From a virus, in IMG/VR virus record IMGVR_UViG_3300045988_103846: a stretch of DNA of 64,000 nucleotides; one strand, given 5' to 3'. This document shows positions 42,557 to 52,672 of this stretch, piece by piece (the first letter of the stretch is position 1; every line of letters begins with the position of its first letter). The notes beneath the pieces were generated by a model. It was not told the DNA's origin. It was given only the letters and a program-made list of their open reading frames with translations, and did no database searches. Both the position numbers and the translations under genes were made by a program.

Positions 42557-44899
42557 TTACTTATGCTTTTGAAGATCCTGATAATACTCACCAGGACTAT
42601 ACTCGACCTTGTGAGGACTATTGACAATAAAACTACCAGAAGAGATATCAGTTTGACCATAGACTGCTTGACCTGTCTTTGGATCAATCCAACTTATGAC
42701 AGTCTTATCAGGTCTGTCTTTTCTCTGTTTCTTTACCTCTTTGGTTATTTGAGTCACTCCCATATAGCTGCCTGATTCAGAAGCAGCCCTAGAAGCTTCT
42801 ATCAACTCTTTAGCATAATCTCTCTTAGAGATAGTTGACTGAATAGTGATAGTAGATACAGGGATAGTGCGCTGAATGAATTCAAGGTTACAGATATAAC
42901 CCTGGTCACTGATGGTGTGAACCACCTTCTTAGAATACCACAGACCCTGATATTTATCAGAGACATTCTGTATCTGGAAATTCATAGAAGACTCCAAAAC
43001 TGGATCACCTATTACCTGAGCCTGAGCTTTCACCTGGTTAGATATAGACTCATTAACACTATTGCCAAAAGAATTGCCCAGATTGATACTATTAGCCCCA
43101 GCTATAATATCTACTCCATTGAGCTCGATAGTAACCTCTACCTCATAGACTATCTGATGGGGGTGTACAGCATCATTTGGATCTCCCAAGATCTTAAGAC
43201 CCGGAACAGAAGAGAGTAAAGCCCAACCTTGTCTGTGACCAACTCCATGTGCTCGGCGATTAGATATTGAAGTAGAGTTACTTCCTGGTAATATCCAGGG
43301 TCTCTTATAATCTGCACTAGTCAAGTCTATTTGACCTGATTGAACGGCGTTAACGAATTCTTGAGTCTGCTCAGTGGTAACATCTGTGTTATTGACCCGG
43401 TTCTTAGTTCGATTATATAAGAAAGTATTACCCACAGTGTTGACTCGAACTTCAGTAAACAATTTCACTTTACGTTTGATTCTAAAAGGAGGTATCTTAT
43501 CCAAACCCTTAGTAGGATCCATAGGTTGTTTAGCACCTTCTCTCCATTTAGTCAATTGTTCATTGAAATACTGATCAATCTCTTCCTGAGAAATCTGAGG
43601 GTGTTCTGTGTAATACCTCTTAGCATCATTCAGAGTCTTAAAGGAATTCTTCTGAAGAAGAGCTGTATTATCTTCTTTAGCATCAACTTTAACAGGGACT
43701 GGAGTCTGAGCTACTCTAGTCTTGTCTCTTGGATTACCTTTCTCCCAAATGTTGCCAAACCAGCTACGACTGCGTTTACGAGGAATACCATCATTCCAGT
43801 CTACATAGGCATCGATATCTTTACCATCTTCATTGCCTTGATTGGGGTCAGTTACCCCTTGAACCATAGTGGTATCGATGGACTTGTCATCTGGATCAAT
43901 GTCAGTAGAAGATTTAACTTCAGTAGAGGACTTGACAAACTTAGACTCAACTGAGAACTCTAAAAGTTCTCCATCCCCTCCCCAATAATCATATATCTTA
44001 ACTATACTCCGAGTAGTCTGGGCATTATGAATCACCAATCTACCATCTCTAGAGTCCATGAAGTAAGGGCCGTTAGATAAACCCCCAATGGCATCTTTGA
44101 TCTGGTAGTACTTGTTTCGAGAAGTACCCATGATTACACCTAGTTGGGTAGAGCTGTCTTTCACATAAACTGTCTTAAAATTCTCTGGGTCTTGTTGAAT
44201 CAAAGCTTGAGTCTCTGGATTAAACTCCAAAAGTTTAACTCCCACAGCATTGGGATTACTAGTAGTGGGATTCTGAAGATTATTTTTTGGATCTAGTGGA
44301 TCTTTAGGTGTACCTTTTGACACTACATCTTCGAACTCTGGATCTTGTTGTCTAATCTCTGAGCCGTCGGTTACTTTCTGAGCAACCTTTGGAACTACCA
44401 TAGGCTTACTCTGATGGTCTACTATCTCGATACCGATGGGAATACCCTTACATAGATCCTTAAAATACTCCACAAAACCTCTAGTAGTGTCATAGTGAGT
44501 AGCAGGGATATTCTTGAGAAGCTCAGAAGAGTCAGTAAATTCTATAGTGATATTTACTCCTCTCTGACCAAAGGTCACTTTCTGACCCACGATTATAACC
44601 CTGCGAATAGGGCCATAATATCCAGTACCATCGGGATAGATATAACCCCACTGAAGCTGTAATCCCTGCTGATAGCCAAGCTCAGTAAGAGCACATAAAT
44701 TAGGATTTTTAGTAGAGATCTCTATATGTCCCTTGTCGGTCTTCTCTTCTTCATAGATATACTCAAAAAGGGTTACCAGGGAACCCAGAGTGATATTACT
44801 CTCGGGATCTCTGATAACCTCTCCTTGGGAATTGAATATAGCGATATAAGGGGTAGCACTACCAGTTGGCAGATGTCTGCTCTTGCTTGACTCTTCCAT
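42557..44899 (-). CDS. baseplate hub protein (gpD / Mu gp44-like by position)
   Basis: 780 aa, between the LysM protein and the spike. Called by synteny only. Confidence 0.45.
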   Translation of the reverse strand: MEESSKSRHLPTGSATPYIAIFNSQGEVIRDPESNITLGSLVTLFEYIYEEEKTDKGHIEISTKNPNLCALTELGYQQGLQLQWGYIYPDGTGYYGPIRRVIIVGQKVTFGQRGVNITIEFTDSSELLKNIPATHYDTTRGFVEYFKDLCKGIPIGIEIVDHQSKPMVVPKVAQKVTDGSEIRQQDPEFEDVVSKGTPKDPLDPKNNLQNPTTSNPNAVGVKLLEFNPETQALIQQDPENFKTVYVKDSSTQLGVIMGTSRNKYYQIKDAIGGLSNGPYFMDSRDGRLVIHNAQTTRSIVKIYDYWGGDGELLEFSVESKFVKSSTEVKSSTDIDPDDKSIDTTMVQGVTDPNQGNEDGKDIDAYVDWNDGIPRKRSRSWFGNIWEKGNPRDKTRVAQTPVPVKVDAKEDNTALLQKNSFKTLNDAKRYYTEHPQISQEEIDQYFNEQLTKWREGAKQPMDPTKGLDKIPPFRIKRKVKLFTEVRVNTVGNTFLYNRTKNRVNNTDVTTEQTQEFVNAVQSGQIDLTSADYKRPWILPGSNSTSISNRRAHGVGHRQGWALLSSVPGLKILGDPNDAVHPHQIVYEVEVTIELNGVDIIAGANSINLGNSFGNSVNESISNQVKAQAQVIGDPVLESSMNFQIQNVSDKYQGLWYSKKVVHTISDQGYICNLEFIQRTIPVSTITIQSTISKRDYAKELIEASRAASESGSYMGVTQITKEVKKQRKDRPDKTVISWIDPKTGQAVYGQTDISSGSFIVNSPHKVEYSPGEYYQDLQKHK

Positions 44900-44901
44900 T
44901 A

Positions 44902-45156
44902 CTAAGGTATATAGATTTGCATGTTTGGCTTCAAGTCAGTGAAAGGGTTATAGATACTGTTCACATCAGCTATAGCTGGCCAGTAACCAGAATCCCCGTA
45001 ATATTGGAAAGCAATGCTCTGGAGAGTTTCCCCCTCCAGAACTGTATGGATAGCCTTGGGATTAGAAATAGTAGCTGGTTGAGCTGGGGTTCTCTCTACT
45101 AAGATATCCCCATCACCCAGATCAACTATAACACTATCAGAATATGGATCGTACAT
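44902..45156 (-). CDS. LysM-domain tail protein (P2 gpX-like)
   Basis: HTVLEGETLQSIAFQYYGDSGYWPAIADVNSIYNPFTDLKPNMQIYIP fits the LysM pattern. Confidence 0.65.
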   Translation of the reverse strand: MYDPYSDSVIVDLGDGDILVERTPAQPATISNPKAIHTVLEGETLQSIAFQYYGDSGYWPAIADVNSIYNPFTDLKPNMQIYIP

Positions 45157-45158
45157 GA

Positions 45159-46205
45159 TTACTTGGTTCTTATACCTTTGATGCCCTTCAGAGCATTCAA
45201 GTCAATAATGTCACTATGAGAAGTGTTACCAGCAGTCACTTTCTTGAAAGTGAGGGACTGAGTAGCATAGTTAGGATATAGCTTGAGATCTTGGATCTCT
45301 CCATAAGGATCTGATCCATCGCTCTTCTTTTGATACTGTCGAGCCTTGTCCTGGAAGTGAGTAAGGATATAGCTAGCAGATTCTAGAATAAATCTTTGAT
45401 CTTTGAAGATGTTACTCTGACCCCAGATGATTTGAAGAACAGGAGGTGAAGCTAGATAACCATCGGCTCGAGTCCAACTCTCCAGAAGCTTGCACTTAGC
45501 TATAACTTCCTCTCTGTGAGAGGGATCACTGGCATACCAAGAGATATCAAAGCTTACAGTATCTTCTCCACCTGTATACATCATGAAAGGATTATTCCTT
45601 CCAGCAGAGACGATATTTACCCAAGTACTCTGGGGAGTTATGCGAAGCTCATTCGGGCGGTTTTGGATCACTAGAGAAACGTAAGGAGAAATATTATCGT
45701 TTACAATAATAATCTCATTCTTGGATAGGCTAGAGGCATCATTAAGAGCATGCCTTAAAGCATTCTCTCGAGCTTGAGTAAAATTTATAGGGGAAGCAGC
45801 CCATTGAGAACGCTTAGCTTCATCTCTTCGTGATAATATCTTGAAACTCTCCTGTGACTCTCTCTCGGCAGGGGAGAGAGTATAGGTATAATGCTCATTC
45901 CTTAGATTATTGGGCTGTTTATTAAGAGGCCTTGGAGAATAATCAGTTTTTTCCATCAAGGTTTTCTTCAAGAGCAATTTCATTCTCCAGAACTTACTAT
46001 AGTTCATGAGAGAAAGACCTTCTAATGGAGTACCCTCAAGTATCTCTCCACTAGAGATAGTCTGAAGGCTGTTTGATACAAGGCCTCCGGCTATCCCTAT
46101 TGGATTCTGTATTATCTGAATAAAAGGCTTAGCAGCAGCCCTCTTTTGTTTAAGAAGCAGTCGTTGCCAAGTAGAGTTGGCAGCTGAGGGTTTGATATTA
46201 GCCAT
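45159..46205 (-). CDS. tail protein following the tape measure (Mu gp43 'DNA circulation'-like by position)
   Basis: 348-aa ORF with ATG start. Called by synteny only. Confidence 0.4.
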   Translation of the reverse strand: MANIKPSAANSTWQRLLLKQKRAAAKPFIQIIQNPIGIAGGLVSNSLQTISSGEILEGTPLEGLSLMNYSKFWRMKLLLKKTLMEKTDYSPRPLNKQPNNLRNEHYTYTLSPAERESQESFKILSRRDEAKRSQWAASPINFTQARENALRHALNDASSLSKNEIIIVNDNISPYVSLVIQNRPNELRITPQSTWVNIVSAGRNNPFMMYTGGEDTVSFDISWYASDPSHREEVIAKCKLLESWTRADGYLASPPVLQIIWGQSNIFKDQRFILESASYILTHFQDKARQYQKKSDGSDPYGEIQDLKLYPNYATQSLTFKKVTAGNTSHSDIIDLNALKGIKGIRTK

Positions 46206-46207
46206 GG

Positions 46208-48268
46208 TTATCGAACGTTTTGTGATAAGTCACTATCTGTGACCTCTCTGGTTTGACCATCAGGGGTAGTTACCCGGATATTCACATTCTTGCCCTGTCT
46301 CATCTGATCCAACATTTGCTGGAGAATGTTGATGATACCAACAAGCTCTTCCCTCTCCCTAGCCTTTCTAGCTTCTTCTGCAGCTTGTCTTTTAGCTTCA
46401 CTCTCAGCATCATATTTAGCAGATAGACTATTCACTGAAGCCGTGTTAGAATCTTGGGCAGAGGTGTTAGCTTCAGTAGCTTTCTTGTTTCCACTCAAAG
46501 CCCCGAAAATAAGAGGCAAGAAGGTGAGAATACCTGTGATAGCAAATCCCCAAGGACCAGTGAAGAATCCCAACAACTTACTAGCTATTTTACCGATTCC
46601 AGCCCCGAAAGCCCCAATCTTACCCAAACCCTTGCCAAGAACTCCAGCAGTCATAGCCCCAGCAGACATCCCTAAAGCTTTTTTCTTTACTGAATCTGCT
46701 ACAGCTTTACTAACAAATTTACCCTTATCATCTCTAACTACCATTCTACCAGATTTGCTCATAGAGGCTGAATAACCGGGTACAGAACCCATAGCTAAAG
46801 CAGCCCAGCCAGGATTGCCCATGACACCAAGCTTCTGCTGGATATTGATACCGTTAAGGATTCTCTGATATTGCTTAGCAGAAATGGTAGCAGCTTTCCA
46901 CCCCGCAACCCACACAGCAAATAGGTTTCTACTACCAACTATAGAGTCAGTTTTCCACATCAACCACTTAGATCGAATGATCATAAAGGCTGAGCTAATA
47001 CCTACAAGAGTACCAGAGATAAGAGCTAATCCAGCAATAAATTTGCCAAGACCCGTACCTAAACCCTTTCTAAGAACATCAAACACTTTAGTAAGAGTCT
47101 TGAATACCGGGATCAAAACTCCAGAAGCTGCTTCTGTAAAGCTAGCTTTTAAGTTCTGCCAGGTAGACTTCATAGCATTAAACTGACCAGCAACGGTGGC
47201 CATTCTTTGATCTACGATAGATTTAGCATATCCCTCCTCAGTAGACCCTACTTTATCATATAGGCTTCTAAACCCCTCTAGATCTCTCATCAAGGCCATA
47301 GCAGCACGATTACCTCTGACTCCAAAGATACCAGTAGTAAATAAGTTCATCTCAGTCGGATCTAGGTCTTTAGTCACTAACTGAATCGTCTTCATGATAG
47401 AATATAGATCCTTAAGGTGACCATCTGCCGTAGTGAGATCTTCTTTCGTAAGACCCACAGATTCAAGAAACTTATGACCCTTATAGCTTGGATCTGAGAT
47501 AGACTTGTTAAGATACCTGGCCATGTTTGCCAAAGCAGTACCGGCCATAGAACCCTGAATACCCATATTACCAAGAGTACCTATGGCTGCAGATACTTCA
47601 GGCAGAGTATAACCCAAATTGGTCATATCTGCTGCAGCATACCTAATAGAAGCAGCCAAGTCTTGCATAGATATATTGGCAGAAAGAGTAGCCTTGGTCA
47701 TGACATCTCCCACCCAGTTAGCAGCTTTCTCACCTGATAACTGGAAGGTTCTCATCACATTAGTGATGACGTCAGCAGCTCCACCCTTTCCACCAAGGGC
47801 CATACCAGTAGCTCCTGCAGCATAAGTGGCACCTTTGATCATACCCTTGATCTCCTCTGCGGTGTTACCAGCCATAGCCAGGTATTTCATACCCGAAGCA
47901 ATGTCTTGAGAACTGAACATGGTTTGAGCACCCAAGTCCATAGCTACATCTTTGAGAGCTGTCATTTGAACTGTAGTAGCTTCAGTGATAGCCTCAACGG
48001 TGGTCATGGTATCTACAAACTCTATTCCATAGGATATCATATCGGCTACTCCAGCAGCCATAGCTCCGAAAGCCGCTAACCCATATTTCCCTATCTGACC
48101 TGCGGCAATGAGATTAGACTGCACAGCAGATCTAGCATCCATCTGGAGCTTACGTATTTGAGCTGAAGCTTGTCCAGCTTGATTAGAAAATCTGTCATGT
48201 AGTACTAGAGCAATTCCGATCTCCATCATTCCTGATTTCGGAACCCCAGCATTAAATCCCAGTGCCAT
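46208..48268 (-). CDS. tail tape measure protein
   Basis: 686 aa, A/G/M-rich helical and hydrophobic segments with a C-terminal coiled coil. Directly downstream of the frameshifted chaperone. Confidence 0.75.
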   Translation of the reverse strand: MALGFNAGVPKSGMMEIGIALVLHDRFSNQAGQASAQIRKLQMDARSAVQSNLIAAGQIGKYGLAAFGAMAAGVADMISYGIEFVDTMTTVEAITEATTVQMTALKDVAMDLGAQTMFSSQDIASGMKYLAMAGNTAEEIKGMIKGATYAAGATGMALGGKGGAADVITNVMRTFQLSGEKAANWVGDVMTKATLSANISMQDLAASIRYAAADMTNLGYTLPEVSAAIGTLGNMGIQGSMAGTALANMARYLNKSISDPSYKGHKFLESVGLTKEDLTTADGHLKDLYSIMKTIQLVTKDLDPTEMNLFTTGIFGVRGNRAAMALMRDLEGFRSLYDKVGSTEEGYAKSIVDQRMATVAGQFNAMKSTWQNLKASFTEAASGVLIPVFKTLTKVFDVLRKGLGTGLGKFIAGLALISGTLVGISSAFMIIRSKWLMWKTDSIVGSRNLFAVWVAGWKAATISAKQYQRILNGINIQQKLGVMGNPGWAALAMGSVPGYSASMSKSGRMVVRDDKGKFVSKAVADSVKKKALGMSAGAMTAGVLGKGLGKIGAFGAGIGKIASKLLGFFTGPWGFAITGILTFLPLIFGALSGNKKATEANTSAQDSNTASVNSLSAKYDAESEAKRQAAEEARKAREREELVGIINILQQMLDQMRQGKNVNIRVTTPDGQTREVTDSDLSQNVR

Positions 48269-48273
48269 AAATG

Positions 48274-48447
48274 TTATTTTTTAGTTTTGATGCGTTTGTC
48301 TAGCTCACTGTAGTAGTCCTTTGCTAAGTCTAGAAACTTGATACGTCTACGGAGAGGTAGTTTAGCAAAGGACTCGTAATCTATGGGGATCTCTGCCCGA
48401 GAAACATATACAAAGTCTCTCTCTAGATCTCCCCCGGATAGAAAAAA
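48274..48447 (-). CDS. -1 frame extension of the tail assembly chaperone (GT-like product)
   Basis: The -1 frame is open from the slippery site to a TAA at 48274-48276: LSGGDLERDFVYVSRAEIPIDYESFAKLPLRRRIKFLDLAKDYYSELDKRIKTKK. It ends 5 nt before the tape measure ATG. Confidence 0.6.
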   Translation of the reverse strand, partial: FFLSGGDLERDFVYVSRAEIPIDYESFAKLPLRRRIKFLDLAKDYYSELDKRIKTKK

Positions 48448-49199
48448 TCCTTGATAGCTACGATACTGATAGTCTGTTTCTGATTGGTGACTGGGTTTTC
48501 TATGTCTGTATTGCCCATAAATACAGGGTCATTAGCTAAAACATAGTTTCGAATCTCAATCATATCTTTAGTAGAGAACATAGAGAAGTTATGCACTTTC
48601 TCATATTTCTCACCAAGCTTTACCTGAAGATTTCTAGCAACGAAAACCTGGTTCTTAGTCTGTTTCTCCAGAGGGAGGTTCATGATGTAAGCTTCCCCCT
48701 TAGCATTGAGCAGATCAAACTTCAACTCTTTGCCAGAAGTAGTAGTGAAAGTCAGATCAGTTGCCTGGCCTCCATTAGGATAGAAAGGTATGGCATTCGG
48801 CTTAGCATTGAGTTCTTCCTCAGTTGGTATCTGACTATAGTCAAAGATGAAGTCTCTGAGATCCTGCTCATAATTGACCTGACCACCGTCTTGGCCCCAG
48901 TCAAAAGTAAACTCCATGATCTCTCCAAGAGAGAAGATACGAGAGTTGAAAAGAATGCAGTACCTATCGAGAGAAGGTATTAACTGGGCCTCATCAGCAG
49001 TGATTTTAGTCTTGCCCTCTATGTAATCGCAAGAAGTAATGATTGATGCCAGGAACTGAGATATATTCATTCCTGTAGAGGCCAAAGCAGGATTAGACAG
49101 AATGTCATCGTCGGCCCCATTTTGCTCTCTTATCGTCACATTATGACCTGAGGGTGTGACGAAAGTAAATTTCCTTGTTTCAAATACGTTTGTTTCCAT
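48423..49199 (-). CDS. tail assembly chaperone (zero-frame G-like product)
   Basis: 258 aa, located between the tube and tape measure genes. Carries the slippery site near its end. Confidence 0.65.
   Translation of the reverse strand: METNVFETRKFTFVTPSGHNVTIREQNGADDDILSNPALASTGMNISQFLASIITSCDYIEGKTKITADEAQLIPSLDRYCILFNSRIFSLGEIMEFTFDWGQDGGQVNYEQDLRDFIFDYSQIPTEEELNAKPNAIPFYPNGGQATDLTFTTTSGKELKFDLLNAKGEAYIMNLPLEKQTKNQVFVARNLQVKLGEKYEKVHNFSMFSTKDMIEIRNYVLANDPVFMGNTDIENPVTNQKQTISIVAIKDFFYPGEI
48441..48447 (-). other. -1 programmed ribosomal frameshift slippery heptamer T_TTT_TTC
   Basis: Zero frame reads GAT TTT TTC TAT (X_XXY_YYZ), six codons before the zero-frame stop of the chaperone gene. 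Confidence 0.6.
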
Positions 49200-49220
49200 T
49201 TTGTTGAGTTGTTAAATTGA

Positions 49221-49255
49221 TAAAAGGGAGGCAGCCCTTCCGAAGACTGTCTCCC
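49221..49255 (-). terminator. rho-independent terminator after the tail tube gene
   Basis: The minus strand reads GGGAGACAG-...-CTGCCTCCC (9-bp stem with one G-U pair) followed by TTTTATC. Confidence 0.55.
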
Positions 49256-49266
49256 ATATAAAAATA

Positions 49267-49731
49267 TTAGAGCTTATTCACAGTACCAACTGAGAACTCG
49301 ATCTCTTCAAGAGTATTATCGGAACTCATCCTGTCTAGATCTTGGCTATTGACCTTGGATGGCCAAACTTCTTCGCAGATCCAGGAGTTAAGGATAGATA
49401 CACCATCCTCAGCAAGCTCATCTACTCTAACCGTTTCCCAATACTCAGAAGGAGTTAGACCACCTCCGAGAATAAGATCTTGGACTGACATGAGCCAATC
49501 CCAGAGCCAAGTGTCAGAACCAGAAGTAGACTCAAGTTTGCGACAAACTAGATTGCCAACAGTGATTCTACCACCGGTCTTTACATCCCTATTGATGTCT
49601 CCATGTGATACCTGCTCTATCTCAAGCTCAGGTAGAGATACTTCCTGAAACAGATACGGGTTGAGAGGATGCTTAACAAAGGTGATCTGCCAAAGGAATT
49701 TCTTCCTTGGATTCTTTACTTTTGCACTCAT
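49267..49731 (-). CDS. tail tube protein
   Basis: 154 aa, immediately after the sheath gene, codon-biased, followed by a terminator. Confidence 0.65.
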   Translation of the reverse strand: MSAKVKNPRKKFLWQITFVKHPLNPYLFQEVSLPELEIEQVSHGDINRDVKTGGRITVGNLVCRKLESTSGSDTWLWDWLMSVQDLILGGGLTPSEYWETVRVDELAEDGVSILNSWICEEVWPSKVNSQDLDRMSSDNTLEEIEFSVGTVNKL

Positions 49732-49744
49732 ATTGCTTTAGTTT

Positions 49745-51418
49745 TTATTCTGTTGTGATGTCAATAGTGCTGTCAGAAGCAGAGATGATCACATCCAGGG
49801 TGATCTCCTGCATAGTGACTACATCCTTGAACTTCAGCTTTGCGTGGTACTTGCCCTGGCGAACATCAGCCTCTTTGTTTACCTGAAGATCAGAATAAGA
49901 CTGGGCATTCTGATCACCAAGCCACTCGGGTTCGGTCATGGCATTCCTGGTAACAAGGTCATCAAGGATAGGCTTAACCTGATAGAAGATGTTCTTCCAA
50001 GTACTGAAGGTGTTTGGCTCCTCCAGATAGCTCTCAACAATAGGTCTAAGATTCTTCTTGAGATAGAGGATTAAGTTCACAATACCAATGAACCTGAAGG
50101 AATCAGTGATAGGGTTCGAAGTGAAGTTCTGCCATAGCATGGTTCTCTTGCCCGCATACTGAGTATCCTTGATCACGAAGAGGTTCATGTACCAGTCAGC
50201 AAACCTTTGAAGATTCTCCAGCTGTGATGGAGTACCAAGATTAGGCATAACTGGACCAAGAGCATCAGCAACAATTCCTCTGTTTTGTCCGGCAGGAGAA
50301 ATCCAGGGACCGTAAGAAGAAGCAGAAGCATCGTGTAAACCCATAACGGTACCCATGACATCGCAATCCCTGAGAATGCCCATATCGTCGTAGTACTTGA
50401 TACCACCGCCGAAGTAGCAGATGAACTTGTCCTGACCAACTTTGTTCACCAACTCTTTCACAGCTGCCAAATAAGTATCTAGAGTGTCGGTAGATTTGTA
50501 CTTAGGTACCTCTACGCAAAGCTTGATCTCCTGAACAGCCTTTACTTTCTTAGCAATAGCCGTGTACACTTCGGTGTAGTTTGTTGGAAGGTGCTGATGA
50601 ACATGAGAACATATGAGGTTATACCCATCATTGTAATCAGTCAGAGCATCATAAGCAGTAACCCAATCTGCTGCCAGAGGGGTAGAACTGTCAGTACCAC
50701 AAGTGATACTGTAAACAGTCTCTCCAGCAAGAGCCTCAGAAGGAACATAGTCAGAATGGTTAGTGAGCCAAGCAACAATCCCGTAGATGTCAAGATTCTG
50801 ACCTCCGAATGTTCCAACCACCTCAAAATCAAGGTTTGGAACATTGTTCAAGAAATTCAGAAAAACCTTGGCATCAAATGAACCTTTAGGCTGCCAAGCC
50901 ATCATCACCCTCTGATCAACGATATCGTTAACCCCCATAGCTTCAGCTTTAGCCTGAGTCAGGATGATTCTAGACTTAGGACCATCGCTCTCGATAGAGA
51001 ACTTCAGGTAAAGCTTAGAGTACTTGTCGTCAAACTTAGCACCCTGCTGTTTGCTCCTGATCTTGAAGTTCAGGTTAACGATCTCACCGGAAACGTTCGA
51101 AGTGAACGGAACAGAGAACTCTTTTGTAGTGTCTTCGGAAGAAGCATAGCCGTAGGCAGCTCCTGTACCAACTACTCTAGAGATACGCAGTTTTGAACCC
51201 AACTCCAGGGCCTTCTGGATATTCGAGACAGAACCGTCGGGCACAATCTCTGAACCAAAAACTCTCTGGAACTGAGCAAAAGAAGTAATTAGCTCACTAG
51301 GGTCATTAGCTGGACCCTGAGTAGTACGGGCAATAACGTGTGACACTCCATTGAGAGGTACACTTACCTGCACATTTTGATTGATGAAGTTAAAGTTAAC
51401 TTGCGGTGTAGTAGGCAT
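49745..51418 (-). CDS. contractile tail sheath protein
   Basis: 557 aa. N-terminus ...VSVPLNGVSHVIARTTQGP resembles the sheath N-terminal pattern. Order is sheath, tube, chaperone, tape measure. Confidence 0.7.
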   Translation of the reverse strand: MPTTPQVNFNFINQNVQVSVPLNGVSHVIARTTQGPANDPSELITSFAQFQRVFGSEIVPDGSVSNIQKALELGSKLRISRVVGTGAAYGYASSEDTTKEFSVPFTSNVSGEIVNLNFKIRSKQQGAKFDDKYSKLYLKFSIESDGPKSRIILTQAKAEAMGVNDIVDQRVMMAWQPKGSFDAKVFLNFLNNVPNLDFEVVGTFGGQNLDIYGIVAWLTNHSDYVPSEALAGETVYSITCGTDSSTPLAADWVTAYDALTDYNDGYNLICSHVHQHLPTNYTEVYTAIAKKVKAVQEIKLCVEVPKYKSTDTLDTYLAAVKELVNKVGQDKFICYFGGGIKYYDDMGILRDCDVMGTVMGLHDASASSYGPWISPAGQNRGIVADALGPVMPNLGTPSQLENLQRFADWYMNLFVIKDTQYAGKRTMLWQNFTSNPITDSFRFIGIVNLILYLKKNLRPIVESYLEEPNTFSTWKNIFYQVKPILDDLVTRNAMTEPEWLGDQNAQSYSDLQVNKEADVRQGKYHAKLKFKDVVTMQEITLDVIISASDSTIDITTE

Positions 51419-51419
51419 G

Positions 51420-52094
51420 TTACTTAGAGTTAATGTTTAATAAATATTCTTTATATTCTGTTAAGAAGACATCGATGCTGTTGATTGGCACAAGGTCATT
51501 TTGTATATCTTCCACTTCTCCAACCAAAGTATCATAAATCTTAAACTGGTATACCTTTTCTAATATGCCCAGGTTTATATTACTGTAGTCAAAGAAGTTC
51601 CCCAGCTCTATAAAGATATTACCACTAGTTAGTAATTTCTTTGAAGTATAGGGCTTGATATAACCCCTCTGGGGGATAGACCAAAAGAGTATTTGATGTA
51701 GCAATCTCAAGTCTTCTTGATTTTGAGCTACCAGATGAATGTCAACATATTGATCTATGGTCTCATAAGGTTCCATATCAATATTAAAACGGACAGAACC
51801 ATGAACCTCTTCTTTATTTTGAAGGTACTTGGGAAGGCCTATACTACCAGGGTAGAAGCCCTTAGCATTGATAACTATGCGAGGGGTTATCTTCTGATCT
51901 TTAGAAGAGGCATTCCCAGTACCATATATAAAGATGAATTTAGAAAGGTTTTTCTTATCTTCCTGCATCCTCCTCACATTCTCTTCGGTTTTAGGAAGAT
52001 AAGAGTTAGGATCCAGTGTATAGCTTAGATCTATAGCTGTGGTTAGTATAGCTTTATAGATTGATCTCTCTATGATCTCTTGTGAGTTTACCAT
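51420..52094 (-). CDS. head-tail/tail completion protein (function by position only)
   Basis: 224-aa ORF with ATG start, abutting the sheath gene. Confidence 0.4.
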   Translation of the reverse strand: MVNSQEIIERSIYKAILTTAIDLSYTLDPNSYLPKTEENVRRMQEDKKNLSKFIFIYGTGNASSKDQKITPRIVINAKGFYPGSIGLPKYLQNKEEVHGSVRFNIDMEPYETIDQYVDIHLVAQNQEDLRLLHQILFWSIPQRGYIKPYTSKKLLTSGNIFIELGNFFDYSNINLGILEKVYQFKIYDTLVGEVEDIQNDLVPINSIDVFLTEYKEYLLNINSK

Positions 52095-52669
52095 TTCACT
52101 TGATTTGGTTTAAAGCCTAAAGGGATCAGTTTCCTTCGAATCTCTTGTATGATATTGGCTTTTAGTTTTCTTCGCCCTCCAGCAGTTTCGAATGATGGCT
52201 TGAACAAAGGTCTACCCGGAATATTTCTTTTAATAGACCCTGTCTCAAGTAATCTGACTAACTGGATAAAGGTTAAGCCTGAGTCTTCACCCCTCAGAGA
52301 ATCAGGGTATGGGGCATTGCTTGGAAGACCAATATAAACCCTATCTCCGTAGTTGTATACCCCCAGAGATCTCGACAGTATACCTGTTCTTAACCAGGGT
52401 GAAGTATCGGTCAAACCCTTTTTGGCATAAGTCTTGATAGTCTCGGGGGATAATGGGGCCCAATAAATGCCCTCTGGTCCACCTGAGTATATGGCATCTC
52501 GTATAAGAGCTATAAGCTTTTTACTGAAGCTATCTACTGCAGAATCATATCCTTGCCTGATAGCTTTGGGTAAACCATCTATGCCAGCAGTGACTTTTTC
52601 CCAGTCTCCCTCAAGCTTGATTTGAACCGTTGGGGCTGGCATGTATACGTTAGTAGTATAACGAGGCAT
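52088..52669 (-). CDS. virion morphogenesis / tail completion protein (Mu gpG / P2 gpS-like)
   Basis: YWAPLSPETIKTYAKKGLTDTSPWLRTGILSRSL resembles the Phage_tail_S pattern. Confidence 0.4.
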   Translation of the reverse strand: MPRYTTNVYMPAPTVQIKLEGDWEKVTAGIDGLPKAIRQGYDSAVDSFSKKLIALIRDAIYSGGPEGIYWAPLSPETIKTYAKKGLTDTSPWLRTGILSRSLGVYNYGDRVYIGLPSNAPYPDSLRGEDSGLTFIQLVRLLETGSIKRNIPGRPLFKPSFETAGGRRKLKANIIQEIRRKLIPLGFKPNQVKW

Positions 52670-52672
52670 AGC

